A DNA stretch of 64,000 nt from Parcubacteria group bacterium (GTDB lineage: Bacteria > Patescibacteriota > Minisyncoccia > Phycocordibacterales > 21-14-all-47-15): NCBI GenBank assembly GCA_016181845.1, contig JACOYO010000001.1, forward strand, positions 33,133 through 97,132, written 5' to 3'. The notes beneath the pieces are model-generated. The model saw nothing but the letters and a program-made list of their open reading frames with translations, was not told the DNA's origin and made no database searches. This document shows positions 59,600 through 64,000 of the stretch, piece by piece. Position 1 is the first letter of the stretch; every line of letters begins with the position of its first letter. Position numbers and translations under genes: made by a program.

Positions 59600-60100
59600 T
59601 TAGCACAGAGTACAAACTTTACTTATCTTTCTTGCCGTCAGATAAATAGCAATGAGCAAAGCCAGGATTATGACAACAACAAAATACAACCGATAGTTCA
59701 GAGCAAAGACAACGCCACCAAATCCAATACCGAAAAATGAGAATAACGGTGCGAGACAAGAAGTGCAAAATGCCGTGCCGGCAATGCCGGCAAACAATGC
59801 ACCAACGCCTCCACTGACTGTGGTTCCTAATCCGTCAATCTTTTTTTTCTGACGCATAACATATATCTGCATCGTCATAAAAAGAGAATATAGTCCTGAA
59901 AGTAATCCGACCACTAAATAATCACGCAAAGTAAATATTTCAAGTTGTGTTGCGACAGTATTCCCAGCCACGGTAAATACAGGAATAAGTATAAAAAGAA
60001 TAAACATCACTACAAAAGCCAATAAAAATAGCACGATATAATTTTTGTCTTTAAATGGCGTTTTGATGCCGAACCAAGTTGTCAAGAAAATATTCTTCAT
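59600..60100 (-). CDS. Membrane protein with an intramembrane CxxC and a C-terminal CxxC (MerT/MerC-like)
   Basis: AFCTSCLAP and KVCTLC; directly downstream of merA. Confidence 0.6.
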   Translation of the reverse strand: MKNIFLTTWFGIKTPFKDKNYIVLFLLAFVVMFILFILIPVFTVAGNTVATQLEIFTLRDYLVVGLLSGLYSLFMTMQIYVMRQKKKIDGLGTTVSGGVGALFAGIAGTAFCTSCLAPLFSFFGIGFGGVVFALNYRLYFVVVIILALLIAIYLTARKISKVCTLC

Positions 60101-60101
60101 A

Positions 60102-61508
60102 TTAAATACAGCAACTTAGTTGTGAGAGATCTTTGGTGAATGAGAGTGCAACATATTTGACTGCTTCTGACATTGTTGGAAACACTGGTTCAGAGTTAAG
60201 CACATCATCAATGGTATTTTTGTTTTTAACGAGCACCATTGCTTGGGCAATAAGATCAGCGGCGTTTGGAGCAAGAATATGAACTCCTAAAATAACTTTG
60301 GTCTTTGGGTGGATTCCCATTTTAATAAGTCCTTCTGTTCTGCGTGTGATACCTGCCTTTGGTATTACCTCAAAAGGCACGGTGCGACATGCGCATACGC
60401 CGTCTCTTTCCATTTGAGCGTCTTCAGTAAGTCCAACACTTGCATATCCCGGGTCAGTAAATATTGCATATGGAACAGTATCGTAATCAATACTGTTTTT
60501 CTCTTCATTAAGTGCATTTAGAGTAGCAATGGTGCCTTCATGACCAGCGGTTGTCTCTAGTCGTAGTGGTAAATTAGTTACATCTCCCACAGAATAGATA
60601 TACGGCACATTTGTCTTAAAATTAGTATTTACGACAACTGCTTTTCGTTCGTTTACATCAACACCTGGAATATCAAGGTTGAGTGATTCTGTGTTTGCTG
60701 TCTTACCTGCCGCAAGTAAAATTTCATCTACTGCAACTTCCTCGGTTTTTCCATTTATTGTGTACGAGAGAACTTTTTTACCGTTTTCACTTCGGGCGCT
60801 TTTAACTTCCGCGTTGGTTTTAATGATGATACCTTCTTTCTCCAGTAACTCTGCGAGCCTGGTTATAAGCTCAACTTCACCGTGAGGGAATATTCTTTCT
60901 CTGCTTTGTAGAATGGTGCATTTCGTACCAAATCGGGAATACATTTGTGCAAATTCAAGCCCAACTGGACCGGCGCCAATAATTGCCAACTCTTTTGGTT
61001 GTTCTTTCAACTTTAATGCCTCAACGTGCGTTATATATCCTACTTCTTTAATCTTGTCTATTTGCGGCACGTTGGCGGTAGAGCCGGTGGCGATAATGAA
61101 TTTATCTGCTGTAAGTTTTTTTCTATTAACCACCACTTCTTTTTCACCTGAAAACGAGGCTCGTCCTTCTATGTAGGTCACGTACTCCAGACTCTTTAGC
61201 ACTTTTTCATATTTTTCATTTCTAAACCCACCAACCATTTTCAGTTCATCGTCAATAACTTTATTGAAATCAAAGTTTTTTACTTCAAGCTCAATGCCTG
61301 AAACACCGTGGTTTTTCGCCATATAGAGCACTTCTCCCGCATGAAGCAGTAGCTTGGAAGGCACGCATCCAACATTCACACATGTTCCACCTGCGGGTAG
61401 TCCGCTATTAATAATCGCTGTCTTCTTTTTTAATTCGTTTGCTTTTATAGCAGAAGCAAATGCTGACGCTCCTCCTCCTAATATAATAAGGTCGTATTGA
61501 TTATTCAT
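60102..61508 (-). CDS. merA: Mercuric reductase, core enzyme without NmerA domain
   Basis: GGTCVNVGCVPSK redox disulfide; GAGPVGLE; C-terminal LSCC. Confidence 0.88.
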   Translation of the reverse strand: MNNQYDLIILGGGASAFASAIKANELKKKTAIINSGLPAGGTCVNVGCVPSKLLLHAGEVLYMAKNHGVSGIELEVKNFDFNKVIDDELKMVGGFRNEKYEKVLKSLEYVTYIEGRASFSGEKEVVVNRKKLTADKFIIATGSTANVPQIDKIKEVGYITHVEALKLKEQPKELAIIGAGPVGLEFAQMYSRFGTKCTILQSRERIFPHGEVELITRLAELLEKEGIIIKTNAEVKSARSENGKKVLSYTINGKTEEVAVDEILLAAGKTANTESLNLDIPGVDVNERKAVVVNTNFKTNVPYIYSVGDVTNLPLRLETTAGHEGTIATLNALNEEKNSIDYDTVPYAIFTDPGYASVGLTEDAQMERDGVCACRTVPFEVIPKAGITRRTEGLIKMGIHPKTKVILGVHILAPNAADLIAQAMVLVKNKNTIDDVLNSEPVFPTMSEAVKYVALSFTKDLSQLSCCI

Positions 61509-61810
61509 ATATTGTTTAAGATATTTTTTAAAATTTTATTAAATCCCATATTGGCAAGTTTATAATATACGATTTTGTGGTCTCGGCGTGAATCAACAAG
61601 ATAATTTTCACGTAATCTCTTAAGAGAGTGCGACACAACGGATATAGAAACATCTAATATATCGGCAATTTCTCCTACAGAAAGTTCAGGGTGCTTACAC
61701 AACAACCAGCAAATCTTCATACGCGTAGGGTCGCCAACTAAACCAAACTGTTCAGCACATTGAAGTACTGATTCCTCATTCTCTAGCTCCTTTTTAATTT
61801 TTTTAGTCAT
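61505..61810 (-). CDS. ArsR/SmtB-family repressor
   Basis: DPTRMKI...VSHSLKRLR...YYKL; start at MTKK. Confidence 0.9.
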   Translation of the reverse strand: MTKKIKKELENEESVLQCAEQFGLVGDPTRMKICWLLCKHPELSVGEIADILDVSISVVSHSLKRLRENYLVDSRRDHKIVYYKLANMGFNKILKNILNNI

Positions 61811-61836
61811 ATCACTTGAACGTATATTCAAATGAT
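61811..61836. promoter_or_regulatory. ArsR/SmtB-type operator
   Basis: Inverted repeat ATCACTTGAA-CGTATA-TTCAAATGAT immediately upstream of the arsR ATG. Confidence 0.7.
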
Positions 61837-61909
61837 AACATCATTGTGCAATAGTTGTAAATGAGGCTAATGTTGTGGAAAATAAAGGGCTACCCTTTGT
61901 TTTCATACG

Positions 61910-63061
61910 CTATTTCAAATACCGCTCAATATTCGCCTGATGTTCTTTGAGTGTCGCAGAGCAGTGGATATTGCTGTCGCTATCGTGAAGGTAGTAGAAG
62001 CAATTTGTTTCTTTCGGATAAAGCACGGCTTCAATTGCATTGACGCCGGGGTTGGCTATCGGATGTGGCGGTAGCCCCTTATATAAGTATGTATTGTAGG
62101 GAGAATCAATACTTCGCGTATCGCTTCCGCCAATCGGCGCCCACCATTTTTCAATGCCTCGGTATTCCACACTTGGCTGAAGTATTTCAGAATTGAAGCA
62201 AAGATTATTTTTTGGATTACGCGCATAGCTGTCGGGGTCTTCACACGGGTCGTTTTTGTATGCGAGCCGTGTGTCTCGCGCGTACTGAACAGTCGCATCA
62301 ATATCTAGTTTTTGACCATTCAAAAGCCGGTTCCAAAGAATACCTGCGATGAGCGGCATGTCGTCCTTTCCCGCCGCTTCTCGTTGTACAAGCGAAGCTA
62401 TTTTGAGAAGCGTCGGCCATCTGATGTTTTGTTTATTTGCTTCTTTCAAATACGGCGCAAACATTTCGTTAAACTTGGCTCGCAAACGGTCGGCAACTTG
62501 AAGCAGGCCTTCGTCTACCGGAATGAGGTACGTGTCTGGGAAATAGACGCCTTCCACCTCATCAAACTTCATAGAAGTATGCGTGTTCACCCAGCTGTTT
62601 TTTTGCTGACCTGTCCAGCCAAGCGTGTCTCCGATGAGTTCGGCGATTTGTTCTTTCCGTAATCCTTCTGGAATAACCACCCATTTCATGTATGGTCCTT
62701 TCTTTAAAACGCCAGCGACCTCAAAGACATTCATCGACTTGGAGATTTTGTAAGCGCCAGACGCGATGCAGTCCACACAGCGCGATGAAATCCTACCGGA
62801 AAACGCGATACTGAAGCCCAAGGTACTTTTGATAAAGCCTTTTTCCTTAAGAAGTTCTGCGACCTCGCGCGAGTCATCAACGATTTTCTTGTCATGATCT
62901 TCCGCGGTGGTTATGGGAATCGTAAATTGCTCAAGTTCCGCCTGTTTTTGAGGAGCGCCAAAAAGCGATGTATATAGCAAAAAAGCCGCGCCTGTGGCAA
63001 GTAAAAAGCCAAATACGACGATGAGTATCGTCCTGTATTTTGAATCCTGCATAAAAAGCAT
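61910..63061 (-). CDS. mltG: Endolytic transglycosylase MltG
   Basis: IPEG, EGVYFPDTY, ASLVQRE, SPYNTY..GLPPHPIANPG motifs. Confidence 0.92.
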   Translation of the reverse strand: MLFMQDSKYRTILIVVFGFLLATGAAFLLYTSLFGAPQKQAELEQFTIPITTAEDHDKKIVDDSREVAELLKEKGFIKSTLGFSIAFSGRISSRCVDCIASGAYKISKSMNVFEVAGVLKKGPYMKWVVIPEGLRKEQIAELIGDTLGWTGQQKNSWVNTHTSMKFDEVEGVYFPDTYLIPVDEGLLQVADRLRAKFNEMFAPYLKEANKQNIRWPTLLKIASLVQREAAGKDDMPLIAGILWNRLLNGQKLDIDATVQYARDTRLAYKNDPCEDPDSYARNPKNNLCFNSEILQPSVEYRGIEKWWAPIGGSDTRSIDSPYNTYLYKGLPPHPIANPGVNAIEAVLYPKETNCFYYLHDSDSNIHCSATLKEHQANIERYLK

Positions 63062-63161
63062 AACTACATTTTATACTTTTTTGTGTGTAAACGCTCGCCA
63101 CACAACAGAAAAATCCTCTCTGTCTTTTTTCACCATATTTTTTTGACTATCCACAGATTTA

Positions 63162-63266
63162 TTGACTTTTTGTACTCATTTGGTATATACTAACTCTAGT
63201 AAGCATCGGCTTGCACGGATTTTGATCAAGGTCCCACCCGCAATGGTGGGACCTTTGATATTTGTT
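63162..63266 (+). ncRNA. Putative small RNA with its promoter, convergent on the NYN gene
   Basis: TTGACT-18-TATACT; hairpins at 63199-63214 and 63225-63259. Confidence 0.45.
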
Positions 63267-63877
63267 TACCGTCTCTGAAAACGATCCATGTTCAGTCGAT
63301 ACTCAAAATCATCAGCATACAAAATCTCCTCAATAATTCCATCGCGCTTGGCATCTATCACCTCACGTCCAATATGACCACGCGCCCCCATTATTATCGC
63401 TTGTTTTTTATATTCTTCCTTTAGATATTGAATCGCCGTAACCAAATCACCATCGCCAGAGAAAAGTACGACAGTATCATAATTATCCCTTTCACGAATG
63501 AGATCAACTACCATTTCTACATCAAGATCGCATTTTTTCTCAAAACCATATATGTTGTCAGTACTGTGAATATACTTTACTCTTTTATCCACGACATTAA
63601 AGCCATTGAGGTCTGCCGTACGAAGTATGTTTTTTGACCAAGGTACCAAATCTATTGATTTTTCCTTTTGTCCATAGTCTGCCCCATAATAAAATCGCCG
63701 CAAAAATTTTTGCCCAAATGAAAAATTTTTAACAAACGCCGCAAGCTCTCGAATGCCGACACGCCACCCTAGGTTATGTTTCCATTTTTCCACATTGCCA
63801 AAATCAACAATAACAATTGTTCTTTCTCGCCGTGGCATATATCCACTTAAGTATTGTTTGATATTATTCTGATTCAT
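63266..63877 (-). CDS. NYN/LabA (DUF88) PIN-like domain protein
   Basis: VDFGN, KCDLDVEMVVD and LFSGDGD acidic motifs. Confidence 0.9.
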   Translation of the reverse strand: MNQNNIKQYLSGYMPRRERTIVIVDFGNVEKWKHNLGWRVGIRELAAFVKNFSFGQKFLRRFYYGADYGQKEKSIDLVPWSKNILRTADLNGFNVVDKRVKYIHSTDNIYGFEKKCDLDVEMVVDLIRERDNYDTVVLFSGDGDLVTAIQYLKEEYKKQAIIMGARGHIGREVIDAKRDGIIEEILYADDFEYRLNMDRFQRR

Positions 63878-63958
63878 AAAACTATTTTATCAATCCTTAA
63901 TCTCTATGTTCCATCTATCTGCTACACTTACCAACGACAAATAGACTCGAGCTCAAAA

Positions 63959-64000
63959 CTGCGGGACTAGGATTCGAACCTAGATGACATGATTCAGAGT
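63959..64000 (-). tRNA. tRNA-Gln(CTG), 3' half, truncated by the window edge
   Basis: Reverse complement ACTCTGAATCATG...CTAGGTTCGAATCCTAG TCCCGCAG shows a CTG anticodon loop and T-arm; CCA not encoded. Confidence 0.88.

Noticed and set aside
50000-64000. Genomic island integrated at tRNA-Gln
   Set aside because: No integrase and no duplicated tRNA 3' end were seen, and the housekeeping gene mltG lies in between.
1-64000. Stop-codon recoding (code 25) or selenocysteine
   Set aside because: Genes are full length under code 11 and several end in TGA; no in-frame TGA occurs at catalytic positions.

Overview
The window is most likely from a Patescibacteria (CPR, Parcubacteria-like) chromosome using genetic code 11. 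This is inferred from a CPR-type VirD4/DUF87 ATPase, a TrmB-family regulator, DUF5667-like and lamin-tail surface proteins, a PIF1 helicase, and mostly leaderless, SD-less gene starts. Positions 1-33.4 kb are a large surface-glycan locus (GT4, GT2 and GT-C glycosyltransferases, gmd, rmlB, an RmlA-GT2 fusion, fdtA/fdtB-like genes, methyltransferases, an AsnB-like amidotransferase). Positions 33.4-50 kb hold mixed housekeeping and accessory genes (DEAD-box helicase, a Pit/DUF47 pair between IS5-like MITEs, PIF1, obgE, rlmB). Positions 50-62 kb are a redox/metal block: a porin-like gene and a Tat-exported molybdoenzyme complex (FeS-NrfD-MopB), bracketed by an identical 25-bp inverted motif whose second copy abuts the trmB start, followed by msrB/msrA/trx/ccdA and an ArsR-led merA operon. 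The window ends with mltG, an NYN-domain gene and a partial tRNA-Gln. Notable non-coding features are a covarying three-way-junction repeat family, in-frame palindromic and heptamer insertions in genes, and two promoter-driven orphan hairpin RNAs. All calls come from reading motifs by eye; no database searches were run.
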